Shown: one piece after another, positions 25,308 through 36,650 of the stretch
How positions within the stretch are numbered: the first letter of the stretch is position 1
Layout of the letters: every line of letters starts with the position of its first letter
Notes under the pieces: model-generated
Told to the model about the DNA's origin: nothing
Database searches by the model: none
What the model saw: only the letters and a program-made list of their open reading frames with translations
Assembly: GCA_002633005.1 (NCBI GenBank)
Contig: NMRA01000048.1
Location: 1,165,582-1,229,581, forward strand
DNA: 64,000 nucleotides
DNA from: Phoronis australis
Taxonomy: Eukaryota > Animalia > Phoronida
Direction: 5' to 3'
Made by a program: the position numbers and the translations under genes

Positions 25308-26048
25308 AATTGCCCGTTAGCGAGTAGCTAACACTAGTCTAAACAGAGGCTCATTATAATTCACCGGAAGCACATCTACAACACCTAGGCTAGCTGTACG
25401 AAAAAGCCTTCATACAGCTAGCTGGTTAGCTATCCACCCGCTGCAGTGTAGAAGTTATAGTCACGTACCCGTGCATATACATAAATTAAGCACTGGCTTG
25501 CTACGTAATATCTCTCAACCAGTACACGGTGCTCCAGCCAGTCTTGGTCGTTAAAAAGGAAGTCAGCAAGTGAAGAGCGACATCTATCATGAGGCTCCCA
25601 AGGGAGATAACTTAAACAGTAACAAAAAAATATAAATTAGGTCATAAAGGTTTAATAAAGTTGAATACGTAAATTTCAGTAAGTTTTTTTCAACTCACTT
25701 CTTTAATGAAGTTTTTTATTTCATAGTTTTTTTCGTTTCAATCTTTCATTTCTAAGAATTACGAACAAAATTAAGAAAGAGCAAAGATATTATTTAACCA
25801 TGTTGAGCTGTTGCTGTTGTTAGAGGTTCATGCGTCAGTTTGAATACTATTCACACATTGTCGAGGGAGTGTCATACAGGTAGGTTCAAACTCTTTTTTG
25901 AAAAGTTGTATAACATGTTCAATTAGTACTGAGCCAGTCGTTTTGTTCGGGTTATGACCACGCGTGTTGTTGTGGCTTAACACTATCGTTGGATTTGGCA
26001 GAGTTCGTAAACATCTGTGAAATCTGTCATTGTCAAGCGTGTCAAGGC

Positions 26049-26715
26049 CACAGGCGTCCTCAGCTTCTGATCGTCCCCAATACACTACATATAATACTAC
26101 AAGGTATGACACTTCGGACTTGAAATTCCACGGGTGCTTCACTTCAGCCGTCCATAGCAAACATAAAACTCAATAAATTTGCACAAAACAGGGGTTCAAC
26201 AAACCATGAAGAATTGTTCTTTCTCCCAATACCATTCACGGTGTCCTGTTACGGCGACTTCGTAAGAAATTCGCAGTCAAAGAACAAAAATGTTCACAAA
26301 AAGTCCCCACACACGTTCTCCCTAGGCCCGTCGAGGTCAAGGACGGTTACGGAAATTGCCGGTGAATTACGGAAGTAGGACATCGTGACTTTACGCGACA
26401 AAGCGGCAATTTCCGTACCGTCCTTGACCTCGACGGGCCTAGGGAGAACGTGTGTGGGGGCTTTTTGTGAACATTTTTGTTCTTTGACTGCGAATTTCTT
26501 ACGAAGTCGCCGTAACAGGACACCGTGAATGGTATTGGGAGAAAGAACAATTCTTCATGGTTTGTTGAACCCCTGTTTTGTGCAAATTTATTGAGTTTTA
26601 TGTTTGCTATGGACGGCTGAAGTGAAGCACCCGTGGAATTTCAAGTCCGAAGTGTCATACCTTGTAGTATTATATGTAGTGTATTGGGGACGATCAGAAG
26701 CTGAGGACGCCTGTG
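26049..26715. mobile_element. 667-bp foldback MITE, ~313-bp arms with 42-bp spacer, 8-bp TSD (P- or hAT-like)
   Basis: CACAGGCG...CGCCTGTG ends; GTCAAGGC at 26041-26048 and 26716-26723; arms differ at only ~2 positions by eye. Confidence 0.93.
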
Positions 26716-27374
26716 GTCAAGGCAAGGGTGGTCACTGTGTCTGTGACTGAGTTTGTCAGTGTCTGAATCAAGTGAGCACAAGTTCTTCTCCGCGATTTCA
26801 CAAATTATTACTTGTCTCTAATTTTTAGACGCTCAGCTGACAATCCAACTAATTGGTAGAGCAATAAGCCGGTCATCAGCTGTGACTGCAAACAGAGTTG
26901 GTACTCTGATTAATGACCCTCATGTGTATTTTACCACCTGGGAACTGATTGAAAATATCCGGAATGTCAGAGGACCCATCAAGTTCAAATTTACTTGTTA
27001 ATAAACTTGGTCCATTTTATTTTCTTTGCAATTAAATTCAGCTAATACTAACACTAGCAGTGAAGTTTACTTGGGTCACGTGCTAAAATTCATCTGTTGA
27101 TAGTGAATGTCACAACTTATTTTGGTCACCTGACCAACACAATTTGCGTATTTATATTCAAACTGTTATTCACAGATAACACGTTTCCCTTATGCAGGAC
27201 CTTTGATGCCTTGATTCACAGCTGAATATCAGCGCCACTATCCTCTGAAAAATATTTAAAAATCAAGTGGAATTCCCCTCATCAAGCCCAAAATTTTTTG
27301 CCAATGATAAAAAATTCTCTCAAGGGTTATTTTTAAAATGGTGATATTAAAGTTAAAACTGGTCTGCTGTATTA

Positions 27375-27790
27375 CCACTCAAGAAACGCGTGTATCAACA
27401 TAGACGGACTGCTGGGGAAGGAATCTCATGAGCAATGTATAATCACCTGCATGAACACACTAATGAGTTCAGTAATGAAAATGTTGAGATCCTGTGCAGA
27501 AAAGAGAACTGGTTTGAGAGAGGTGTACACGAGGCAATTTATACCACAGCTATGCAGCCTTCTCTCAACAAACTAGGTGGCACCAGATTCAAATTCTCCT
27601 CGTCCTGAAACAAGAGTATAGAGGCAGTTTTGAGATCCCAGACCTGAGTTCCTACGACAGTCAATAATTCATCGAAGGAGACGAGAGGTCTCCGAAGATC
27701 TAGGAAATCAAACAAGGTAAACCAGCACTGACCAGCATTCCATTTTAACTTTAATGAACATTACTGGATTGCTCAAGTTCTACATATTAT
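27375..27790 (+). mobile_element. 5'-truncated Penelope-like retroelement remnant (GIY-YIG C-terminus plus 3' tail)
   Basis: PLKKRVYQHRR..G.S*AMYNHLHEHTNEFSNENVEILCRKENWFERGVHEAIY....PSLNKLGG matches the PLE endonuclease motif WFERGVKEAIY...PSLNR.GG; in-frame stop; right boundary approximate. Confidence 0.85.
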
Positions 27791-29244
27791 TAAGGTTAGA
27801 ATCACTTCTGCAAATTTTGGCCATTTGATGCCTTGCTGCTGAAGGGTGCCGTGAGTAGTGACCAGGTGGGAGGAAGAGGGGGAGGTTTTGCCCTCAACCA
27901 AAAAATTTCTTTCTCAGAAGGCACAGGCAACTTTCCCCTCAGGTTAGCAATGACCCTGCTACATATTTTAGACTGTTTCACTGCCAAAGTTAGCCTTTTG
28001 GCAAATTATTGATTCACTACCAAACACGCTGTTCAGCGAGTTTGGTTCTTGCCCGTGTTTGAACTATTTTGTTCATGGGAGATAATTATGTTAAATGACA
28101 GCAGGTGACAGTTTAAACTGTCTCATCGTCGGGGGTTTAATTGACCCAAATTCAAAACGATTCTGATTCCGGAGCCAAGTGAAGTACATATTGTAACTGG
28201 CGGGAATGGATTTCACCGAACACCCTTCATTGACCGTTTTTAATTTTTTTCACCTGAAATCTTGAATACTTTACTTCGTGAATACCTGCCCCAACGTAGT
28301 GATTCGTACCCCATGCTCTTCGCATACCGGGGCCTGTGTTCACCTTTGCGCAATGTTACCCCAGTCGCCACTTGCCAATAGTCAAGACTAATGTTTTGTA
28401 GAAGTAATTCCAACCTTGAGTGGAATTCTTCAGTCGCTTGAGGGATTTTTTCTTACATGCTATGAACATTCCCACTAAATAAAATTGGTTCTAACCCCGG
28501 TGGTTAAGGTAAACGGCGGGGTATGGAAAATNAAGCCTGATAAGAGTGAAGGTGGATAAATGCGGTGTTCCTACAGTTTCTTGTTTTAGTGGATGTGTTC
28601 ACCACATGTAAGAGAACGGGGATGATATTCGACCTCAAAACTGAGACATCAAGGGCCCTGTATACTCAAAATTTATTTGGCACTGGGAAATCCAGCTCTA
28701 ACCAAAATTTGACACAGAAATAGTTCAACTTAAGCCACTGTTCTGATATACTAAAACCATCTATTTTTTGTTTGTTTTTTTGTTTTTGGACAAGGGTTTT
28801 TGTCTTAAAAATATGTTTTATCGCACAAGACAAAAACTCCTACTGATCACATATGTGTATGGATATTATGATGTTGGCTTTTAACGTACCAAAGCGTATG
28901 GAAAGCTCAAGTTAACTTCACAGTTTACATCAAAGCACCTCTAGTTGCAGATTTTACTTAGTGACCTTTCGAGCGGTGTGTTCATGTTTTCTAATTAATT
29001 GGGGTTTAAGTTTTATGAAGTTGTCGCTCATAAATATTAACTGTCTGATATGGGTTTGGTGAGCTAATAAGCCTGAGATGGTGACCCGTATGACAGATTG
29101 TTAGAAATTAGAAACTACATTTTCTAAGTGAATCTATTCAAACAATTGTTATCACTGTCAAATGTCTTTACGGAGTCTTGTGTAACTTAGTAATCACCTA
29201 AGTTGTTTGGTGTCATAAAGACTACCATACACTTGGAACATTTG

Positions 29245-30806
29245 CAGGGCTCGACGCTATTAAAATCGCCAGGTCGCATTTTGCGACCTAGCCAGAATCC
29301 CAGGTCGCATTTCCAAAATCCAGCTCGCATTCATAAATGCCAGGTCGCAAAATTTTCCCGCCATTTTTACGCGCCAAAATTGATTTTTAGATCATCGAGA
29401 AAGTGTTTAGATTATATTCTTTCCTGCCGCGTTAAATACTCACAAATTTCAGATCCCAAAACTGACTTCGTTCATGCAGGTACGGCGTTTACTGTTCTAC
29501 ACGACCGCCATTGAAAGTCTCTAGAGCGCAAGTCAAGGTCCCGACGTGAAAGTTGAACTAGTGCTCTCTAACTCACACGTGCATTCGAGTAGCTAAGTTT
29601 GCGATTTGAAAAGGGAGAAAATGCCCATTGAAAAAGTATCCGGGATTTTGCTAGGTCTGACCTGCTACTGGCTGGCATCAAAGTCGTTAAAAATTCGAAC
29701 TAACTCCGAGGGCAAATTCCCTCCGCTTTTTGTTCGCAGCCCACATTTTGCAACTTAACTCATGTTTGAAAAACGTCTGTCGCAAAAAATCCGTGAAACG
29801 ATGCTTTAACCGAATAAACAATTCAGTGCAAATTTCACAACAAAAATGTGGTACTTATGCTGTTTACGTACTCAACAATTTTTCCATGAAGTGAATAGCC
29901 TCCAAATAATTCCCGACTCCCTCCGTGCGAGTTTCCATCTGGTAATGGCAAGTTTGCTCAATACCTTCCAGATACGGGGAAAATAGGTCAGTCACAAAAC
30001 GGCACGCATGTCACTAGTGTTAGCTTTCTTTCGGAGGTATAAAACAAAGCCGGGATTTGGTTTTTACATATTGAGAAAAGACGTTTTTTGAAAACGGAAT
30101 TTGTTGTGTAAAATGAGAGTGACACACCATATAGGCTGCGAGTCAATTTTAAACCACGCGCGGTCGTTTGTAGTGCGATATGATGGGCGCTAGCCTAAAC
30201 TGTGGGCGCTTAATTGGAAATTCTCAAAAGTTGAGGGGGAACGCTTAGTAGGTCANGCTAACAACGGGACCGACCAGTGCCGCAGGGCGATATCAGGGAT
30301 ATTGTCGTGGATATTTGGTAAAGGTAATAAGGACATCTTAAGCGAAAAACAAACATATTTGTCCACCACAAAGTTTGATAAGTTGATCGCTTAAGAATTA
30401 ATAGAAACACCACTGTTTTGTGAGGTTTTATCACGTGTTATGTGGCCCGAAACTTTCTTTGACAAATCCGGAAATTTGCATAAGTGGCCGAAAATGTTAG
30501 CCAATGAAACGCATCAAAGATCGATTCTGCATATCCCATGGTCACGCGACTTGCTTACAAGTCATCGGGAGGACTGTTCTCAGTTAGTGGTCTTTTGAAC
30601 TTGGATTTGGCAACAACCATGGTCGGATTAACAATAGCTGCTTTATATTTGCCAGGTATCTGCCGAGAAGTGTAAAAACTCAGCTCGCATTCGTTGGAAA
30701 TTCCAGATCGCATTTTGCGACTTGATACGAGCTGACAAAAATCTCAGCTCGCATTTCCAAATTTCAGGTCGCAAATGCGACCTGCAGCTCGTTATGTCGA
30801 GCCCTG
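29245..30806. mobile_element. 1562-bp non-autonomous hAT-like element, 5-bp TSD
   Basis: TIR CAGGGCTCGAC; ATTTG on both flanks; subterminal CAG(G/C)TCGCA repeats at both ends. Confidence 0.85.
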
Positions 30807-30850
30807 ATTTGTTTAAAAATCTGTTGTTTCTTATTTTTAGAATCAATTGA

Positions 30851-32031
30851 TTTTTATGTGCCCACATTTATATGTGGTCGCATATTGCCGTCTTCTCTGT
30901 CTAGGCGTCCACAGCTGTATCTCCTAAACCCCTCACAGGATCTTGATGAGATTTGGCTGATGTGTTCCTGTGAAGCTGATGATAGATGACGACAAATTTT
31001 GGACTTCTCCGACTACCGGTGCTCCCCCTAGTGGCAATTTTATTTTTTACGCTTATCTCTGTATCCTCGGAGGTCTTCAATGGATTTTCATAAAATTTGG
31101 CAGTTAGGCATCTATTAGTGATATGATGCCATCCTCCCATTTTCGGAGGGATTCAATGTACTTTGCGCCACCTAGTGGCCATTTTTACTGTTTTCGAGTC
31201 TGTTTTTTTGGCGTCCGTCCTATGAGCCAAACCGCTCTAGGGATGATTTTGAAAATTAGCATATATGTTCTTACTGTGAAGAGGGCGGCTGACGATGATT
31301 TTCTAACGACTTTGACTACTTTAGCGCCTCCTAGTGGCAGTTTTGTTTGTTTTTGCGCCCATGGCTGTATCTCCTAAGCGCTCTCCAGTATCTTTATTGA
31401 ATTTTGCTGGTGTATTTATATGAAGTAAACAACATAGGATGACAACTTTCGGACGGATCGGACTACCTGTGTGGCAATTTTAGTTTTTATGTTTATCTCT
31501 GTATCTTCAAAGGTCATCAACGGATTTTCATAGAATTTGGCAGATAGACATCTATTGGTGAGCTGACGCTATCCTCTGATTTTCGGTTTCGTGGTATTTT
31601 GCACCACCTAGTGGCCATTTTTTACTGTTTTCAAGTCTTGTTATTTCGCGTCTGCCCTCTGTCAACCAAACCATTCTAAAAATGATGGTGGAAATCGGCA
31701 TGTTTTTTTATAATGTGAAGAGGAAGTCTGATGATGATTTTCCGAGGACTTCATGTACTGTGGCTCATCTTAGTGGCAGTTATGTTTTTTTTGTGCCCAT
31801 AGCCTCCTAGTTGCAATTTCATTTTTTTTGTTTTCCTCGGTTTCTCAGAAGTTCCTTGACGGATTTTTAAGAAATTTGGTTAATAGCTTTGATGACACAT
31901 ACCAGTTTCCAGATGGATTACACGTATTGTGTCATCTAGTGGCCATTTTTATGTTCCAAATAAACACCCGTAGAACCACACTGTTTGCGGTGCATTCGTG
32001 GGTGCATTTCAGAACTCCGCGTTGCTCTTAT
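30851..32031 (+). mobile_element. Helentron-associated / pearl / DINE-1-like non-autonomous element with internal ~145-150-bp monomers in a ~440-450-bp higher-order repeat
   Basis: T-run start, 5' hairpin CCACAT-TTAT-ATGTGG, sub-TIR ATGTGCCCAC vs GTGGGTGCAT (~31998), repeated TATCTC..GGATTTT..AAATTTGG..CCTAGTGGC blocks; ends approximate. Confidence 0.6.
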
Positions 32032-33512
32032 TACTTTTGTATTCATTAAAAAACAAATACACATATTCGCACACATCTGCATGTTATTCATTGCAAAATA
32101 TATGATTATGTTGCTTCATTTTGGAAACGTACAAATTATATTACTGTTACTTCAATTTAAAACACATTATGCACAATACAAAACTATGTTAATTCAATTT
32201 AGAACATGACTGTGCAAAATATGTAGCTATATTACTACAATTTAGAACACACTTTGCAAAAAGTTGCTTCAATTTACAAAATGTCGGAACAGTTAATTTT
32301 GATTTTGTTGAAATTTTCAGCAAAAATAAACCGGAAGGAAAGTTCACTACCTCTGTAGTTTGTATTTTACATTTGTCGTCTGCAAACTTTTGACAGCTGA
32401 AAAAATGAAAATTTTGGCAATTTTTTTGTTTGAATTTGAAAATTTTTTACCGTACATTAACTTAAATGAGATAAATTTATTTTTGGATTTTCTGGATGTG
32501 TTGCCTAAGATCGAAATTCGCAACAAGAATTTTTCAAATTATTAGAAGTTGTGTGGCAGTAATAAATTGGGGGGCTGTGTTGCAGGCACTTTGGTATACA
32601 TCAGGTATTGGCGTTGCTGTAAGATCAATACTAATGTTAATTACAAGCTATTACCTGGTTAAGCACAGGTAATTCTTGTTAAATATCAGTCAGGGAGTTT
32701 GGGAGCCATCTCAGTGCCTTTTCCCTCAAAGCTAAATATGCTAGTAGAGGCGTAATTAGGTAAGCTAGAAAGTTATCTGAAGCTTTTCCTAAACTGGCAT
32801 CAACTTAATCACTAAGTGATGCTATGCTCAGAAAAATATGTAGAGCATAAATGTAAATAAACTCCATAGGTATAGGAAGCTTTTTAGTAGCTTGTGAAGT
32901 GCAATGTTATGAAGTGCACCAACACGTCAATTTAAAGCTAATCTTCAAAAAGAAATCTGATAAATATATACATGAGTTTCTTAGGCCCGTGCATCTGTTT
33001 GTGAAGCTACCTATGTATACAGATGTAGACACATGCGCCCATATGGGAAACACTTGAGTAAGTCCAAGAAAATATTCTAAAAATCGTGTGAGTGAACCTT
33101 GACATGTTCATTTCAAAATGGCGTAGAATTGAAACTACCAGTGTAAGCAATTATATCCAATTGACCGTTTTCATTCAGGACTTTCTTGAGTACAGTTCTT
33201 TCAAACTCTGTAGAACAGTTGATGTTTAGGGGACAGAGTATACAGCACACTGAGCAGTTGGCCAATCGTAGCCATCAATGTCAATACATACAAGTATACA
33301 TTTATATTCTGGATCATGGAATAGCTCCATATCAAGGTAGAGGAACACTTACAAGTGAAGCTTAGGTGCGTGTACCTATATGCAGAACACTTGAGCAAAC
33401 CAAAGAATAGGAAATTGTTTTGGATATTATAGGGATATGTGCCTAAATACACTATGCTTCTTTTTGCTCTTATATGAAAGTCATTTAGCTGTTCATCAAA
33501 CTCTGATATGTA

Positions 33513-34050
33513 CAGGGTGTCCCAAAATGTACTCTCACTTCAAACAATAAATGCTTCATTTGTTGACATAGGAACAAGATTATCGGTTTAAATTCACAAA
33601 CGCAATAAAAAGGAGTTCGAGTCTTTAAATGCATTGGTCATTAATTGGGAAGAAGACTGTCTATGCACTTAGTTAATGTTTTGGAGTCTCCAGTATCATT
33701 GCGCTATAAATGTCTGTTCTCCACAACTTAGTCATTTGCCATTCTCCTTCATACAGAGCATATGAAAGCTAACACATCTACTTCTACAGCTAACACATCT
33801 ACTTCTACAGCAACCTTTAACCATCTAGAAATATGAGTGCAGAGTTTGATCCACTGGAACTGAATTTGAACTGGCTGTGTTGTAGGGTGTGAGTGTATAC
33901 AACTACTGCGAACGCAGCTGGACTCGTTTAAAAAGAGACATTGATTTCTGATTGGGCAGTAAGATTCATGTTTGAATTCTTTTTCAGGATTTGCACGTAT
34001 TTTATGCTTTCACTGGACATGTAAATAAGAGTGTATTTTGGAATACTCTA
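33513..34050. mobile_element. Degenerate Tc1/mariner-type MITE
   Basis: TA|CAGGGTGTCCCAAAATGTACTCTCA at left; diverged inverted copy TAAGAGTGTATTTTGGAATACTCT at right. Confidence 0.45.
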
Positions 34051-34997
34051 ATTGCGTTTTTGTTGCAATTTGACCTGGGGTCATAAAATCACAGTCACAC
34101 ATGGACCCCGTAAGAAATTCGAAAACCCATTTTGGATGCCGTATTTCTGAAGTGTTGGGTGAACCCCTGGAAACCAACTCTCTCGCAGTAAAAGAATTAA
34201 GTGTATTCTGTAAAAAAAAACATTTTAATTTTTAAAGATGGCGCTGTATATGATATGGCTTGTTCATGACATTTGCAGTTGTCCATGCTAAACTTGTTTG
34301 TCTGTCAACATAATGTCACTCATCATGTCTCTATTTTAATAATAATAATAATCTTTAATGGAAGTATTTACAGTATTTCATTACGACATCGTATAGGATT
34401 CATTAATAATTAACAATCACGCAGGTTTGATGTCTACATCATTATATTTACTTCATTATTATTGATGAACGAGATTCAATTAGAAATCCAAGATCTATTG
34501 TAAAGTGTATTATCTGGGCCTAGATTCTTTCAAGGTTGGCGGGATCATGCAAATTACATCGCTTGCGTACAACTATAAAACGTTTGTCAATGAAATGATT
34601 AGTCCGCCATGCTTGGGAGAAACTATGTATGTATATGTACATACACATTGTTTTGGTTACATAAGCTAGTTCTTACCACAAGTGTCTCCTGAGTGACTGC
34701 TTCACACAGGAGTGCAGTCCTGTTACACAGTCTAATACAGGAATACAACCCTGCTACACAGTCTAATACAGGAATACAACCCTGCGACACAGTCTAATTC
34801 GGCTACATTAAACATTTTTGTCTACGAAGTGTTTTCACCTGTGAAGTTAGGGAAGCAGCAATGGTTGGTACAGTACTGCTTTCTCATAGGTTCTTCCCTG
34901 TTCACAACTTGTAAAAGGAAAGTACAAAAAAATAAATTGAAGGTGCAAAATTAGATGAATTTTAATCATCATTATTTGTTGGTATTAAGTTTTGTAT

Positions 34998-35874
34998 CAG
35001 TGGCGGATCTAGGATATCACAAGGGGGGGGCCCAACATTTTGTCCGGCTGGAAGCATTTGTGCAAATTGAACCACGATTGTAGATGCGCATAGCACCNNN
35101 NNNNNNNNNNNNNNNNNNNNNNNNNNNNNNNNNNNNNNNNNNNNNNNNNNNNNNNNNNNNNNNNNNNNNNNNNNNNNNNNNNNNNNNNNNNNNNNNNNNN
35201 NNNNNNNNNNNNNNNNNNNNNNNNNNNNNNNNNNNNNNNNNNNNNNNNNNNNNNNNNNNNNNNNNNNNNNNNNNNNNNNNNNNNNNNNNNNNNNNNNNNN
35301 NNNNNNNNNNNNNNNNNNNNNNNNNNNNNNNNNNNNNNNNNNNNNNNNNNNNNNNNNNNNNNNNNNNNNNNNNNNNNNNNNNNNNNNNNNNNNNNNNNNN
35401 NNNNNNNNNNNNNNNNNNNNNNNNNNNNNNNNNNNNNNNNNNNNNNNNNNNNNNNNNNNNNNNNNNNNNNNNNNNNNNNNNNNNNNNNNNNNNNNNNNNN
35501 NNNNNNNNNNNNNNNNNNNNNNNNNNNNNNNNNNNNNNNNNNNNNNNNNNNNNNNNNNNNNNNNNNNNNNNNNNNNNNNNNNNNNNNNNNNNNNNNNNNN
35601 NNNNNNNNNNNNNNNNNNNNNNNNNNNNNNNNNNNNNNNNNNNNNNNNNNNNNNNNNNNNNNNNNNNNNNNNNNNNNNNNNNNNNNNNNNNNNNNNNNNN
35701 NNNNNNNNNNNNNNNNNNNNNACATTTAAATCTTTTTTCATCCGTATAATTTTAATTACCGGGGTTAATTAATAAACTCACCATTTCCCTACGCTCTTAC
35801 TGTTTTATTTTTTTTTGCGGCAGCCAAGGGGGGGGGGGCCCGGGCCCCCTGGGCCCCCCCTAAATCCGCCTATG
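34998..35874. mobile_element. hAT-like element related at its termini to 23088-25307; 5-bp TSD; interior lost in an assembly gap
   Basis: CAGTGGCGGATCTAGG ... CCTAAATCCGCCTATG; TGTAT on both flanks. Confidence 0.8.
35098..35721. other. Assembly gap (N run)
   Basis: Ns in the sequence. Confidence 1.
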
Positions 35875-35892
35875 TGTATGATTGTGGATGTT

Positions 35893-36221
35893 AAGTGAAC
35901 CTGAGTGTTGAGCGTATATAAGATTTATAGTAAAAACAGGCTTGGTCATCTTTATTCAAGTGAACCTGAGTGTTGAGCGTATATAAGATTTATAGTAAAA
36001 ACAGGCTTGGTCATCTTTATTCAAGTGAACCTGAGTGTTGAGCGTATATAAGATTTATAGTAAAAACAGGCTTGATCATCTTTATTCAAGTGAACCTGAG
36101 TATTGAGCGTTATATAAGATTTATAGTAAAAACAGGCTTGGTCATCTTTATTCAAGTGAACCTGAGTGTTGAGCGTATTTAAGATTTATAGTAAAAAACA
36201 GGCTTGGTCATCTTTATTCAA
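35893..36221. repeat. Five copies of a 65-bp tandem unit
   Basis: AAGTGAACCTGAGTGTTGAGCG...CATCTTTATTC x5. Confidence 0.95.
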
Positions 36222-36539
36222 GGTTAATTTTAGGTCAAAGTTATCTAAAACAAACTAAAATAAATCTTTAAAGTTTGCATGTCAAATGTAACCTGAGCTG
36301 AATCAAGTTCCTCGCATGGTAAATGAAGGTGAAAAAGTCATGGATAACTTTAAAAAGCATTTGAGGGTCTTTGTTACAAATTTGTTCATTCAGTTAATTT
36401 TGAAAACAATCCTTGGTTAAAATTACTAGGAGCTGTTGTTTGTTACTAGTGTAATGATTTATGAAAAATGAAAATGATATCTGGAGAAACTTGGAAAATC
36501 AAAAGTTAAACTGAGTGAGAAGCATGCGTGTTTTGAAGA

Positions 36540-36650
36540 TATGGTGTGACATAGTGGGGGAGGGATACGCTTCTTTTAATGAAGGTCGTGGGTTTGAGTC
36601 CCACTGGGGCACACTGCAACAGCCTTGAGTCACATCTCTAACTCTTCAGT
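36540..36650 (+). mobile_element. Possible degenerate tRNA-derived SINE head
   Basis: A-box-like TGACATAGTGG and B-box-like GGTTTGAGTCC at tRNA-like spacing; no clear ends. Confidence 0.35.

Larger units (their letters stand above)
22986..25383 (-). mobile_element. Copy 2 of the tRNA-bearing solo-LTR-like element, split by a 2.2-kb DNA transposon (pieces 22986-23087 and 25308-25383)
   Basis: Reverse complement aligns with 21880-22030; CCTA duplication at 22982-22985 and 25384-25387; box B GGTTCGATTCC. Confidence 0.75.

Noticed and set aside
21880-25383. The two inverted tRNA-LTR copies as TIRs of one large transposon
   Set aside because: Each copy has its own distinct flanking duplication, and there is no duplication around the pair.
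34962-35749. Longest ORFs in the track (221-259 aa)
   Set aside because: Artefacts of the N gap.
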